NCBI RefSeq assembly: GCF_030144855.1
Contig: NC_082709.1
Span: 24,056,001-24,120,000, forward strand
From: Hypanus sabinus
Lineage: Eukaryota
Direction of reading: 5' to 3'
Length of the DNA stretch: 64,000 nucleotides
Shown here: piece by piece, positions 1 to 11,756 of the stretch
Numbering within the stretch: position 1 is the first letter of the stretch
Layout of the letters: each line of letters starts with the position of its first letter
Notes under the pieces: generated by a model
Told to the model about the DNA's origin: nothing
What the model saw: the letters and a program-made list of their open reading frames with translations, nothing else
Database searches by the model: none
Translations under genes and position numbers: made by a program

Positions 1-552
1 TTGGCTCAAGGGATGACTTTCCATAGATTTCAGCAAGGTAGCTGCTCTAATTATGAAACCCTGAGCCCAAATTAGGTCGTCTGCGAATATTTTAGCACCG
101 GGTTCCCCACAAACATTCCGTGTGCTAAACAAGTTCAGAGGCGGCACCCATCTGTCTGCACTCCAGGCCACTACCAACAGCACTTCTCACCAGCTGGTTA
201 CCCGAGGCCAACCAGTGATCCCTGGCGCGAGGGTATCATTGCGTTTAGGCGACTGATGACCTTGCGTGGGTTCAAGTTCAACAGTAAGCATGACAGGGAA
301 TGAAGGAAGGTGCAGCTGCCTCATATCACTTCCTCACAGCCCGGTGGTTGGGGACCACTGAATTACACTGTGTAGTGCAGGGGAGCTACATGCATGCGCA
401 CTGGGCAGAAAGAACGGAAATAAAACCCCACAACCCAGAAACAATCTCTCAACAGTATTTGTGGGGTTTTTTTCTTTTTTTTCACTCGGGATCTACTGGG
501 AAAGTCTCAAAGATTGACCAGTCGGTCGTGATCGACTGGTTGGCAACCACTA
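1..552. mobile_element. Right part of a non-autonomous hAT-like DNA transposon (truncated by the window start)
   Basis: Ends in ...GATCGACTGGTTGGCAACCACTA, resembling the reverse complement of a hAT/Charlie-type CAGTGGTCGCCAAC terminus; CpG-richer than its flank; no credible ORF. Confidence 0.45.
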
Positions 553-1534
553 CGTTATAGTATATTACAGCCAAGGCCAGAGGTCTGTAATTCTTACTCC
601 CTTTAAACATTAAATTCAATGGAAAATTTATTGTACTACGATGTAAAATGCATTTGGAAATAAATAAAAGTAAAATCCAAATTCAGGAAAACCAGGTGGT
701 GGGATTATTGGAATTTTATTTTATTTTTACTGATGTTCAGTTCCACTCCAACAATGTGGCACCTCACCTCAAAATTGCAGCAAGGTACTAAGACAATGAC
801 ACCGCCTTGTTTGAAACTTGTCTGCACTGAGATAGTATTTTTTTTAAAAGACTTTTAGTATTCAGCTTGCGTGCCTCTTTAGGCAAATGGAAGATGAGGA
901 CAACTCTTGGTGGGCATTTGAATTTGTGGAGGATGTTCCACAGTCCCTCCCAATTAATAGAATTATTTTCAGTTTAAGATGGTGCTGGTGAAATACAGTG
1001 ACAGCTAGCTGGCAGCAAACAAAACTACTAACTACTCTATTGGTCACATCTTTTCTGGTAACAATCACTGCAATCAATAGCCTGTAACTTCCCTTTCAGT
1101 GTTAAACTTTTGAACTGCCTGTACAACCAGGCATTTTTATGCTGTGAACTGAAGCCTCAAAGATGCAGGATGGTTGCAGAGTTAGGGCTAAAGCAGGCAA
1201 AGGAGCACAGGCCCAGGAGCGGGCAACGGGATAATGAATAGTCATTGCTGGAGCAGACTTGAAGCTGATTCAAATTGGCAGAACTGAAGCAAGGCAGATT
1301 CGAAGTGGCAGGGCCTAGGTCTGAGAGCAAGGAACAAGCCAATTTTTGACCTACTTATGCACTAGGCCAGATTGAAAAGGTCAGAAACGTGCTAAATCGA
1401 GGCAGTGGATCCCAGGTCCAAGAGCTTTTCAAAGCACTTTTTCTTGAAATTATCACAGTATGTGCCTCCATATAATGTTCAATTTCAAACTACTCTGTAA
1501 AAAAAAATTTCCTTACAGTTTGCAGAATTAATTA

Positions 1535-1990
1535 ATAAAATTGTTTCCTTGGATACATAAGCAGAGGTACAGAGTATTAAAAGAAAGAAGTCAGACTGAA
1601 CATTTACAAAGTAAGTACTGAATGGGTTTCTGCTAAAGTTATGTATCAAATTCTAGGTACTGCATTTTACAAAATGTGTCAGTATCTTCTAGAAGCCGTA
1701 GCAAATATTTCCTACAATTATACCATTGTTGAAGATCTTCGGTGATATTGGATGAATAGAAAAACTTTAATGGTTGTTCTAAATAATAGAATGAAGGTCT
1801 TCAAACTCACAATAAATACAAAATACATCCACTGGCTAAAGGATCAGTGACTAGGGGACTCAGATTTATCGTCAACCTCAATTCAGCAACAGATTTTTTT
1901 TCAATTTTCTTCTGGTTGTTGCAGTAAAAATACTGTTTAAAATTGATGGAAGCAGATCCAATGGAAATTCACCCAAGGAACTGAATATAT
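1535..1990 (+). mobile_element. Old, heavily decayed CR1 LINE 3' fragment
   Basis: ATAAGCAGAGGTACAGAGTATTAAAAGAAAGAAGTC resembles the CR1 ORF2 'ISRGIEYKSKEV' segment. Confidence 0.4.
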
Positions 1991-1994
1991 AAAG

Positions 1995-2710
1995 GACTGA
2001 AGGATGAATACAAGGTCCTGGTGCAAGCTGAATCATTTGCAGCTCAACATCAGTAAGACAAAGGAGATGGTGATGGACTTCAGGAAGACTAAGCCTGTAC
2101 TACTCCCTGTTACTACTGATGGTGAGGCTATTATTGTGGTGTGGACCTGGATGACAGACTTGAGTGGAGCACCAGAGGCTTTACACAAGAAGGGCCAGAG
2201 TCATCTCTACTTCCAGAGGAGACTGAGGTCCTTTGGAGTATGCAGGCCTCTCCTTCACATGTTCTACCAGTCTGTTATGCAGTGGTGTGCTGGGACAACA
2301 GCATCAACACAAGAGACACCAACAGGCTCAATAAATAGATTGGAAAGTCTGGCTCCGTTATAGCAGTCAAATGGACACAACTGGAGGCTATGATAAAATG
2401 AAGAACTCTATGGAAAATCCTGACAATTCTAGACTATGTTTCTCACCCTCTGCATGCCACCTTGGCTGAACAGAGGAGCACTTTTCGTGACTAAGACAAC
2501 TGCACTGCTCCGAAGAGTGCTATATGAGGTCATTCTTACTCTCAGCCATTAGGCTCTATAATGAGTCAACCTATAGCCCCTACTGTTGACTGTTCAAGAT
2601 AACTTATTTTTTATTCTTTCTTACTTCTCTTCTATTTGTATATCTGTGCACTTGTAATGCTACTGTGACACTGTAATTTCCTTTGGGTTCAATAAAGTAC
2701 CTATCTACCT
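1995..2710 (+). mobile_element. Rex1/Babar-type LINE 3' fragment
   Basis: ORF 2004-2363 WCKLNHLQLNISKTKEMVMDFRK is the typical post-RT motif; ends in AATAAAGTACCTATCTACCT tail. Confidence 0.8.
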
Positions 2711-2730
2711 ACTGTATATACTTCTAATTA

Positions 2731-3005
2731 AGGGTGGCACAGTAGCATAGTTGTTAGCACAATGCTTTACAGTACAGACGACCTGGGATCAATTCCCAAC
2801 GCTGCCTGTAAGAGGCTGTACATTCTCCCCATGATGGCATGGGTTTCCTCTGGGTGTTCCGGTTTCCTCCGACAGTCCAAAGACGTACCGGGCGGTAAGT
2901 TAATTGGTCATTGTGAACTGACCTGCAATTAGACTGGAATTAAACTAGGGGATTGCTGGGCGGTGTGGCTCAAAGAGCCTAGTCCATGCTGTATCTAAGC
3001 AAACA
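2731..3005 (+). mobile_element. tRNA-derived V-SINE (HE1-like)
   Basis: tRNA-like head with A/B-box-like motifs (TGGCACAGTAGC; GGATCAATTCCC), V-domain core TTCTCCCCATGATGGCATGGGTTTCCTCTGGGTGTTCCGGTTTCCTCC; related copies at 28135 and 49420. Confidence 0.8.
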
Positions 3006-3715
3006 GACAAATAGATAGTTGGATAAAGGAATGGGTGAGCCCAAGTAAAGAGTAGAAAAATAGAGTTGTGCAATAAAACTCCAATAATCCAGACTATTAG
3101 ATACAATTCCCTTAAATCTCCAAAAAACTTCAAATTTATTTTTTTATTTTAAGTAGTTAGGCAGTAAACTAAAATCTTCTTATAAACCCATTTAGTTTCA
3201 AGGAAATGGCAGCAACTAGTACCTGGGTGTACAAGAGTGTTTGAGGGAAATGGCACCCAGATACATTGGGACCTGCGGAATGCCGGATTAGTGAAATGCC
3301 AAATAACAGAAGGATCACATTAAGCAATAGCTAACCACCTCATCATACCTTTAAAATATCATGCAAGTCAGTACAAGTTAGATAATAATGAACCAGAAAT
3401 ATTAAACAAGTAGCAAGTGAAATTTTGATAAAGTAATATACTGTACAGACACATAAAATAAAGGGTACAGATAAATGTACAGGAATTAACTTGTACAGAA
3501 CAGTTGAGCACTTCTGCTTCTAAAGTGAGACGTTTAGTAAACCTTCAGGCAAAGTTGCATGTTTGCAAGTGTGGGATTGTCAGGATCATCAACATCTTCA
3601 TCTTGAAAAATAAGTGAAGCATCAGGAACTGGTGCTGAAATTGGCACAACAGTTTCTTCAAAAACTGTTGATGTTGGTGGCAGCACATCTGGGTGAGCAG
3701 AAGAAGTCAAAGAAT

Positions 3716-3883
3716 GGAGGTCTTCTATATGCCACATTTCACGCGACCGCCAGGCAACCGAGGATTCAGTGCTGAGCTCTTCCCTCTTCACTTGCAGTTA
3801 CTGAGGAATCCTCGTTAGTTTCTTTTCCACCGCTTCGTTAAATGCTTAAATTCAGCGGGTTGGCCACGACTGATCTGAGGGTC
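3716..3883 (-). pseudogene. Dispersed 5' fragment (about 170 nt) of 28S rRNA
   Basis: Minus strand reads GACCCTCAGATCAGTCGTGGCCAACCCGCTGAATTTAAGCAT...GCGGTGGAAAAGAAACTAACGAGGATTCCTCAGTAACTGCAAGTGAAGAGGGAAGAGCTCAGCACTGAATCC, the conserved eukaryotic LSU 5' end with substitutions. Confidence 0.93.
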
Positions 3884-4040
3884 ATAGGCAGAAGAGAACG
3901 GAGCACCGACCAGACAACGCCGGAGGGCAGTGCATGACTGCCGGCAGGCGGGCGAGAAGGTGGACCGACCCAGTGCGCGCCAGCTCTCCCGCCGCTGGCG
4001 GATGAGACAGGCAGGTGCCGGGCAGCCGCAGCTCACGCAA
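3884..4040 (-). other. Probable ITS2 3' remnant adjoining the 28S fragment
   Basis: GC/CpG-rich block directly 5' of the 28S start on the same strand, where ITS2 lies in the rDNA unit; identity inferred from position and composition. Confidence 0.55.
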
Positions 4041-4260
4041 ATGATATTAATAAATGTAGGAAAACAAGCAGGAATCGCCTGTCTGTGCTTACAAGAGCGG
4101 GCCAACATGTGAACAGATCTAGCGCAACCAAAACAATGCGCAGCAGATTGGTACGGTGGCCCAGGAAATTTGACATTACAGCTGCGCGGAAAATTTGAAA
4201 TTAGTGCCGGATTATCGAAGGAACCAAATTACAGATAATCAGATTAGTGAAGGTCAACTG

Positions 4261-4716
4261 TACTATATTCTGCCATCATATTTGACCTACCAAAATGAAC
4301 CTCTCCACACTTATCTGGGTTGATCTCCATCTGCCACTTCTCAGCCCAGTTTTACATCCTAGAAGTGTCCTGCTGTAACCTCTGACAGCCCTCCACACTA
4401 TCCACAACACCCCGAACCTTTGTGCCATCAGCAAACTTACTAACCCATCCCTGCACTTCCTCATCCAGGTTATTTATAAAAATCACAAAGAGTAAGGGTC
4501 CCAGAACAGATCCCTGCGGCACACCACTAATCACCAACCTCCATACAGAATATGACCAGCCTACAACCACCCTTTGCCTTCTGTGGGCAAGCCATTTCTG
4601 GATCCACAAAGCAATGTCCCCTTGGATCCCATGCCTCCTTACCTTCTCAATAATCCTTGCAAGGGGTACCTTATCAAATGCCTTGCTGAAAACCATATAC
4701 ACTACATCTACCACTT
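4261..4716 (-). mobile_element. CR1 LINE reverse transcriptase fragment
   Basis: ORF 4352-4726: VDVVYMVFSKAFDKVP...SGVPQGSVLGPLLFVIFINNL...KFADGTK. Confidence 0.9.
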
Positions 4717-4724
4717 CCTTCATC

Positions 4725-5108
4725 AATGAGATACGCCTCTACCAAAGATCCAAGGCGCTCCTTCCCTCCATTGGCCTGCAAGTCACCCTCGAACAAGGTG
4801 TAGCACCTACCTAGCACCCCCCACACCCCCCCCCCGGACCAGATCACGCAAAGCCATGGCAGCAGGTGGTGGATGGTCATATGAACAGCTGGTGGATATC
4901 ACAAGTCCTGGTTATGCAACCACTGATGCCAAGCAGACAATCTCTGAAGAGTATTGATAATGACTGGGGCTACCCATCTTGTATAGGCACTGCTCCGAAG
5001 AAGGCGATGGCAAACCACTTCTATACAAAAATTTGCCAAGAACAATCATGGTCACGGATAGACCATGATCGCCTATGTTATTCAACACAGTGCTTAACGA
5101 TGATGATT
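4725..5108 (+). mobile_element. SINE-like repeat with RTE-type motif
   Basis: GAAGGCGATGGCAAACCACTTC resembles the motif of RTE/BovB-associated SINEs; ends in (TGA)n. Confidence 0.45.
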
Positions 5109-5291
5109 GTGTTATACAACTGCAATCAATAAACATTTTATAAAACTGAGTGCTTTGTCCTTTCTCGTCCACAAAAATTTTACAGTAACTTTTAATTGAG
5201 ACATTTAACTGGGAAAGTAAACCTTCCATAACAGGAAAGCCCAATAAACCTTGGTCATATATACTGGGTGTTTAAATACTTTTCCTATATA

Positions 5292-5824
5292 CAGCATTGT
5301 GCAAAAGTCTTAAACACAAATACATAGCTAGGGTGCCTAAGACTTTTGCACAGTACTGTAGTAACTTAAGTATTGTACTGTACTCCATGAAAAAAAAACA
5401 AATTTCATGACATGAGCGGTGATTAAATTTACTTCTGATACTAGTCCCTATTGTGGACTGAGAGTGGGAAGGAGGTAGGGAGACAGGAATTGTGGTTGGT
5501 AAAAGGGGAAGGGTGAGGGGAGAGAGCGGGAAGCACCAGAGAGACATTCTGTAACGATCAATAAACCAATTATTTGCTATCAAATTACCTTGCCTGCTGT
5601 CTCAAGGTTGGGTGAGTCTACACCCGTGCCAACCCCACCACTGGCACTTCTCTGCCACCAACCTGCCCTATACCCCTCCCACGGCAGCCCACCCTTGCCA
5701 TTCCCAACATCCTTTGCTAGATTTTCAAACTAGCTCTCCATTCCACATTAACAAACACAGTGCTTTGCAAAGGTCTTAGACATCCTAGCTATATATATGG
5801 GCCTAAAACTTCTGCACAGTACTG
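5292..5824. mobile_element. Composite Tc1/mariner-type element bounded by two inverted 67-bp hairpin MITEs
   Basis: 5292-5358 and 5758-5824 each match CAGTACTGTGCAAAAGTCTTAGGCAC-spacer-GTGCCTAAGACTTTTGCACAGTACTG; spacers are in opposite orientation; TA at 5290-5291 and 5825-5826. Confidence 0.75.
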
Positions 5825-7109
5825 TAGGTGCCAGCAATAACTCTGAAACACAAGCCTTTACTGAAAGACTTCTTAATGAGAACCAATTCATCATATTCAT
5901 CATTTGATATCATACAGAATCAATGACTGAACAGAACTCTACCTGTTGTTTTCAGCACATTTTCTCAACAAACTCTTGAACTCAGAATGCGATAATACAA
6001 TATTCCTCACTTTACCACGCTCTTAGTCCATTTTTCTCAGTAATTTATTGCCTTCCAAGCCTTTATTTGTGATTTTTCAATTTTCAAATTCAATATTCTA
6101 TTGGGTTAGGTAACATTGCTCACATGAGCAAATTGCTTATTCTCCAAAGTTCACTTTTAAGAACACAAGACAGAGGATTGGAACATATCTGTGATCAAAT
6201 CATTGGCCTCGTTCACTTAACTGTTTTATTCCCTCAATTCCCCTTACATTCTAAACTCAATGTTAGCCTTAGATATACAATGAATATTTCTCTCAATAAT
6301 CTCAAGTCATATATGTTTCTTCAGAAATGCTTTGTTTCTAAATTTGAGTGTAATTCAGGCTGACAGACTAATAAAGAGAGCATTGCACAGTTATAGGTAC
6401 TGTCTTTCTGAAGGATATCAAAACAAGGCACATATCAAACAATTCCAAAAGTCTCAATACCAACATATAATTCTCAAGTAGCAAAACTGATAAGATTATC
6501 TGATAATTTATTCCCTCACCTTGGACAATCTGATTATTCTGTTTCTGTGTTACAACAGTTATCGATTTCTAATCTACCTAATTAACGGAAATGCACTGTC
6601 ATCTGCAGATCTGTCAACTACAATATGCAGTAAAACTTCTCCCCATTTAGCCTCTCATATGTTGACTTCAATTCAACATGTAATTTATATACAATTCCTT
6701 TTGTTCATCTCTTCCCATTCCTACAATTTCCTCTAGTCCAAATTGATATATACTGTGTGACCAACCCAGTAATGTTTATTACCAAGTCCATCGATATTTA
6801 CCTCAAGATTGCTATCTTTTGCCAAATCTACAATACCTTCAAACTTCTGTTACTTCAGAACTTCACTTTTTTTTAAAAAAAAGCTTTGAACATCCATAGG
6901 TCTGTGCCTCCAACCTGTTTAACTGCAGACCATTTGTTAACCAAAACACAGCAGATTGTTTTTTTTTAAATGTTAAAAAGCATTTTAAAAAATGATCTTC
7001 TCCAACAAGAGAGAGTCTAACCATCCACCTTCGGCACTCACTGTGACACACAGTGAATCACAGTGACACAGCACTGAACTCCAACACCCTGAGCTCCCAC
7101 ATTGACATG

Positions 7110-7498
7110 TGAATTGCTATGCTACCATCACTCTACTATAGGAAGAAGTTAATAAACTGGAAAGAGTGCAGAAAAAAAAATCACACATGGATGTAACAGG
7201 GTTCAAGAGATCAAGTTACACAGGGAGGACATATAGTTTGGGACTTTATTCCTTCATGCATAGGTGACTGATGGGTGATCTTAAAATCACAAAGGAATAG
7301 GCAGAATGAATCCATTCAGTCTTTCTCTCAGGGTTGCAGAATCAAGAACCAGATATAGTTCATGAACTCAGCAGGTTGTGCAGCATCCGTTGAAATGAGC
7401 AGTCAACATTTCAACAGATGCTGCACGTCCTGCTGAGTTCATCCAGCTTGTTTGTACGTGTTGATTTGACCACAGCATCTGCAATGTACTTTGTGTTT
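7110..7498 (+). mobile_element. Decayed CR1 3' fragment with an inserted Penelope-type hairpin (7356-7498)
   Basis: AAACTGGAAAGAGTGCAGAAAA CR1 motif; AACTCAGCAGG...CCTGCTGAGTT inverted repeat flanked by ACCAGATA direct repeats. Confidence 0.6.
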
Positions 7499-7511
7499 AC
7501 CAGATAAAACA

Positions 7512-9040
7512 TAGCACCTTGAAAAAGTATTCAGCCCCCATGACTATATTTCACATTTTACTGCCTCGTTTTCTAAATTTAAGATGTATTGAAGTAGGAT
7601 ATTTTGAGCTAATCAACAAAACATTGTGCATATCAAATCAAAAGAAACATTTCAAAACTTGTCAACAGGTTTGTATTTTGTAATTACTATGCTAACTTTC
7701 CTCAAGTGCAATACTGTATATTACCTTACCAACACACCCAATTTGCTGATGTAGAAAATAGGTGGATCACCTATTTTCCACCAATTAATAAGAATAAATA
7801 TTCCCTCTGTAAGGTCCAATGGTATGGTAGATTTTCAACAGACCAAACCAAAATGAACACACAAGAGCATTCAAGACAAGTCAGAGAAATGATAATAGAG
7901 AAGCACAAATCTGGGGAAGGGTACAACACCATCTCAAAGACACTGAATGCACCTCAGAGCTCAGGGAGTCCATTGCAAAACTACAGTCACTCTACTGAGA
8001 CTAGGCTGCCCCTCTAAATGTAGTCACCAGAGAAGAATGGCACTTGTAAGAGAGGCTACTGTGACTCCAACGGTCACTAAGTGAGCTGCAGAAGTCAGTG
8101 GCTGCACCTGGAGATGAAGATCATAGCTGCACAATCTCTAAGGCCTTGCACAAAAAGGGTATTTACGGAAGAAAAGCAATGAAGAACCCCTGGCTAAAAA
8201 AAAAGCCTATACTTCTCCATTAACACTTTGCAAAGCGCCACTTAGAAGATACTGTAAAGATGTGGAAGGTCTGACTAGCAGTCGGATTAGACTAAAGTTG
8301 AACATTTTGTCCCTCAACAATAAGCACTATGTGTGGTATAAGTCTAATACTATGCCTCAGACAGGTAACACCAACCCTTCTGTAAAATATCTGAAGGTAG
8401 CATCATGCTACCGGGATGCTTTTCAGAAGCAGGGACTAGAAATCTGGTCAGCATTGATGAGAGGATGTATGCTACAAAACACAGAGAGATCGTGAAATAA
8501 AAACCTACAAGCCTCTATGAAAAAACTCAAACTGGGGAGAAAGTTTGTCTTTCAGTAAGGTAAGGACCCATGTAGTAGCTTCAAATGAAGAAAATTGATG
8601 TCCTTGAGTGCCCTAATCAGAGTCCTGACCTTAACCCAATTGAAAGTCTCTGGCAAGACCTCAGGATTACTGTTCACCGCGCTCCCCACCTAAATGGGCA
8701 CAGCTTGAGCAACTTTGGAAGGAATGGGCAAATCTTACCATCACATTATGCAAAGCTAATAGAGACTTATCCAAGTAGACTACTGGCTGTAATAGCTGCA
8801 AAAAGAAGTTTAACTACGTACTGAGCAAAGGGGGATGAATACTTTTGAACTGCTGACATTTGAGTTTTTGAATTTTTAGTTTTTTATGCTTTACAATTTT
8901 CCATTTTTGGGGTCTACTGTGGAAAAAAAGGAGCATGTAATTCAAAATAAAAATTCTCAGTAAAATTGATCAAAATCCCTTGTTGTAATACTCATTTATG
9001 TGAACAAAGTTAGGTGCTGAATACTTTTACAAAGGCACTG
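7512..9040 (+). mobile_element. Near full-length defective Tc1-family transposon
   Basis: Terminal inverted repeats (GCACCTTGAAAAAGTATTCAGC / GCTGAATACTTTTACAAAGGCACTG-TA); frameshifted transposase 7853-8824 with MNTQEHSRQVREMIIEKHKSGEGYNTISKTL (HTH) and CPNQSPDLNPIE (third catalytic motif). Confidence 0.92.
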
Positions 9041-9089
9041 TAGGTTTAAAGTGAAAGATTTAATAGGAATCCAAGGGGCTTTAGTTAAA

Positions 9090-11035
9090 TGACTTTAAAG
9101 CAGATGACTGTGTTCCCAAAGATCATTCAGTCTTCCTCAACCAGAAGCCCTGCATGAACCAATAGATTAGAAATCTGCTGAGGGCTGGATCGGTGATGTT
9201 CAGGATAGACAATCCAGGAAAATATATTTAAAAATTTCAGGTATGACATCTGGAAAGCCATCTCACATGGAAAGTGGCAATTCTGTATTAAACTTGAATT
9301 ACGGTGAGATGCCTGACAACTGTGACAGGACTTGAATGCCATCATCTCCTACAAAACAAAATCAAACATCAAGGTTTCACTCCAACATGAGCATAATACC
9401 TTTTATACTTGCTTTGATCGACAGAATATGAAGATACTTTCACGATCATTTACAAGCACCAATGGTCCTGTGATTTCAGTCTCTGAGGCCTTCATGAAAG
9501 CATCCTTCAGGAAGGTGAATCCACAGAAAGCACCTGGCTCCAGCGTATCTGTCTGACTATTGAACACCTGTACTGGACGGAGTTTTTCTGGCCATCTTCA
9601 ACCTCTCACTTTAATAGTCCGAGGTACCCACCTGCTCAACAGACTTCATTCATACTAGTGCCTAAGAATGTAGTAACGTACCTCAATGACTATCATACAG
9701 TAGCACTTACATTTACTGTAATAACTGATTTTGAGAGACTGGTCACAAAGCGCATCAATTTCTGCCTGAAGAGTCACCTGGATCTGCCCCAATTTGCCTA
9801 CCGTCATAACAGGTCAACAGCAAATGCCATTTCATTGATTCTTTACTCACCTCTGGAATAGCTGGACAATACAAAAGGATACTCTTTGTTGACTATAGCT
9901 CACTATTCAACATCATCATTCCCTCAAAACTCATCACTAAGCTCCAAGAACTAGGCCTTGATACCTCCCTATGTAACTGGTCTCTTGCTTTCATCATTTG
10001 CAGACGCCAGTCATTATGGATTACCTGTTAATAACATCTGCTCCATAATAACTATCAGCACAAGTACACCACAAAGCTTGAGTGCTTCACCCCCAGTTTG
10101 ACTCACTTTACAGCTATGACTGGGCAGCTTAGTACAGCTTCAATACCATACTTAAGATTGCCGACAACACTGTAGCTGGCCAAATCAAAGGTGATGGAGA
10201 GATTTGAATGGTGCCACAACAACAACCTCTTACTCAACATCAGCAAAACCAAAGAGCTGATGATCAATTCCAGGAGGAAGAAGCCAGAGGTCCATGAAGC
10301 AGTCCTCATTAGGGGATTGGAAGTGGAAAAACTAGATAACTTTAAGTTCCTTGACGTTCCTATTTCAGAGGATCTGTCCCAGGACCTGCACGTAAGTGCC
10401 ATCACAAAGAAGGCATGACAATACCTCTACTTTCCTTGATACTTGCATAGATCTGGCATGTCACAAAAATGTTGACAAGTTTCTAAACATGGAAAGTGGA
10501 GAGCATCCTAGCTCACTACATCATAGCCTGGAAAAGACTACAGAAAGTGGTGGATACAGCCCAGTCATTCACAGGCAAAGCCTTCCCCACCATTGAGCAC
10601 ATTTACATGGAGCACTGTCAGAAGAAAACAGCATTCATCAAGGACCTCCAGCATTCAGACCATGCTCTCTTCCCACTGCTACCATTGGGCAGGAGGTACG
10701 GGAGCCTTAGATCCCACAGCACCTGTTTCAGGAACAGTTTTAACCCTAGAACCATAGGCTCATAAATCAGTGAGGATAACTTCCCTCACCACACCTTGAA
10801 ACTGATTCCACGACTTAGACTCACTTTCAAGAACTCTACAACTCATGCTCTCAGTATTATTTATTATTTTTGGAATAATAAAAATTGCACAATTTGCCTT
10901 CTTTTGCACATTGGTTGTTTGCTTATCTACACATTTTTAATAAATTCTAATTTTTTTTTTAAACTTTCCTGTAGATACCTGTAAGAAAATGAATCTCAAG
11001 GTAGACATACGTATTCTAATAAATTTTACTTTGAC
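9090..11035 (+). mobile_element. 5'-truncated Rex1/Babar-type LINE
   Basis: Fragmented ORF2: [55 protein letters not shown]; AATAAA tail near 11018. Confidence 0.85.
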
Positions 11036-11044
11036 TTTAAAGGG

Positions 11045-11756
11045 GTAAAGGGGAAACAATTTGGAAGCACAGAGGAAGAAGTATTCTGAAGGAAAGATGA
11101 CATGACCATGGCTAAAAAGGAAGTCAAAGTCAACATAAAAACCAAAGGTAGGGTATACAATAGAGCAAAAATTAGTGAGAAGTTAGAGGATTGGGAAGCT
11201 TTTAAATACCAACAGAAGGCAACTAATGGAATATGAAAGTAAGCCAGCCAAGAATATTAAAGAGGAGACCAGAAGTTTCTTCAGATAAGGTGTAAAAGAG
11301 AGGTAAGAGTGATTATCAGACTATTGTACTGGAAAATGATGCTGGAGAGGCAGTAATGAGGGATAAGGAAATGGCAGAAGAACTGCATGAGTATTTTTGC
11401 ATCTGTTGTCACTGTGGAAGACACTGCAGTATGCTGGAAGCCCTAGATATCAGGGGTCACAAAGTGTGTGAAGTTACCAATACTAGGGAGAAGGTGCTTG
11501 CAAAACTGAAAGGTCTGAAGATAAGTCACCTGGACCAGATGGTGTATTCCCCAAGATTCTGAAAGAGAAGGCTGAAGAGATTGTGGAGGCATTAGTAATG
11601 AACTTTCAAGAACAACTTGATTCTGAAACAATTCCAGAAGACTGGAAAGTGCAAATGCCACTCCACCCTTCAAGAAGGGAGAGAGGCAGAAGAAAGGAAA
11701 CTATAGGCCAGTTAGTCTGACTTCAGTGGTTGGGAAGATGTTGGGGTTGATTATTT
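11045..11756 (+). mobile_element. CR1 LINE ORF2 fragment
   Basis: MRDKEMAEELHEYF..., GGAAACTATAGGCCAGTTAGTCTGACTTCAGTGG (GNYRPVSLTSV). Confidence 0.85.

Larger units (their letters stand above)
3264..4260 (-). mobile_element. Non-autonomous Tigger/pogo-like DNA transposon carrying an rDNA fragment; left terminus damaged
   Basis: Right end ...GATTAGTGAAGGTCAACTG followed by TA (4261-4262); subterminal motif TGCCGGATTA(G/T) at both 3281 and 4205. Confidence 0.6.

Noticed and set aside
3716-3883. A functional rRNA gene / rDNA array
   Set aside because: Only about 170 nt, with substitutions in conserved positions and no 18S, 5.8S or remainder of 28S nearby
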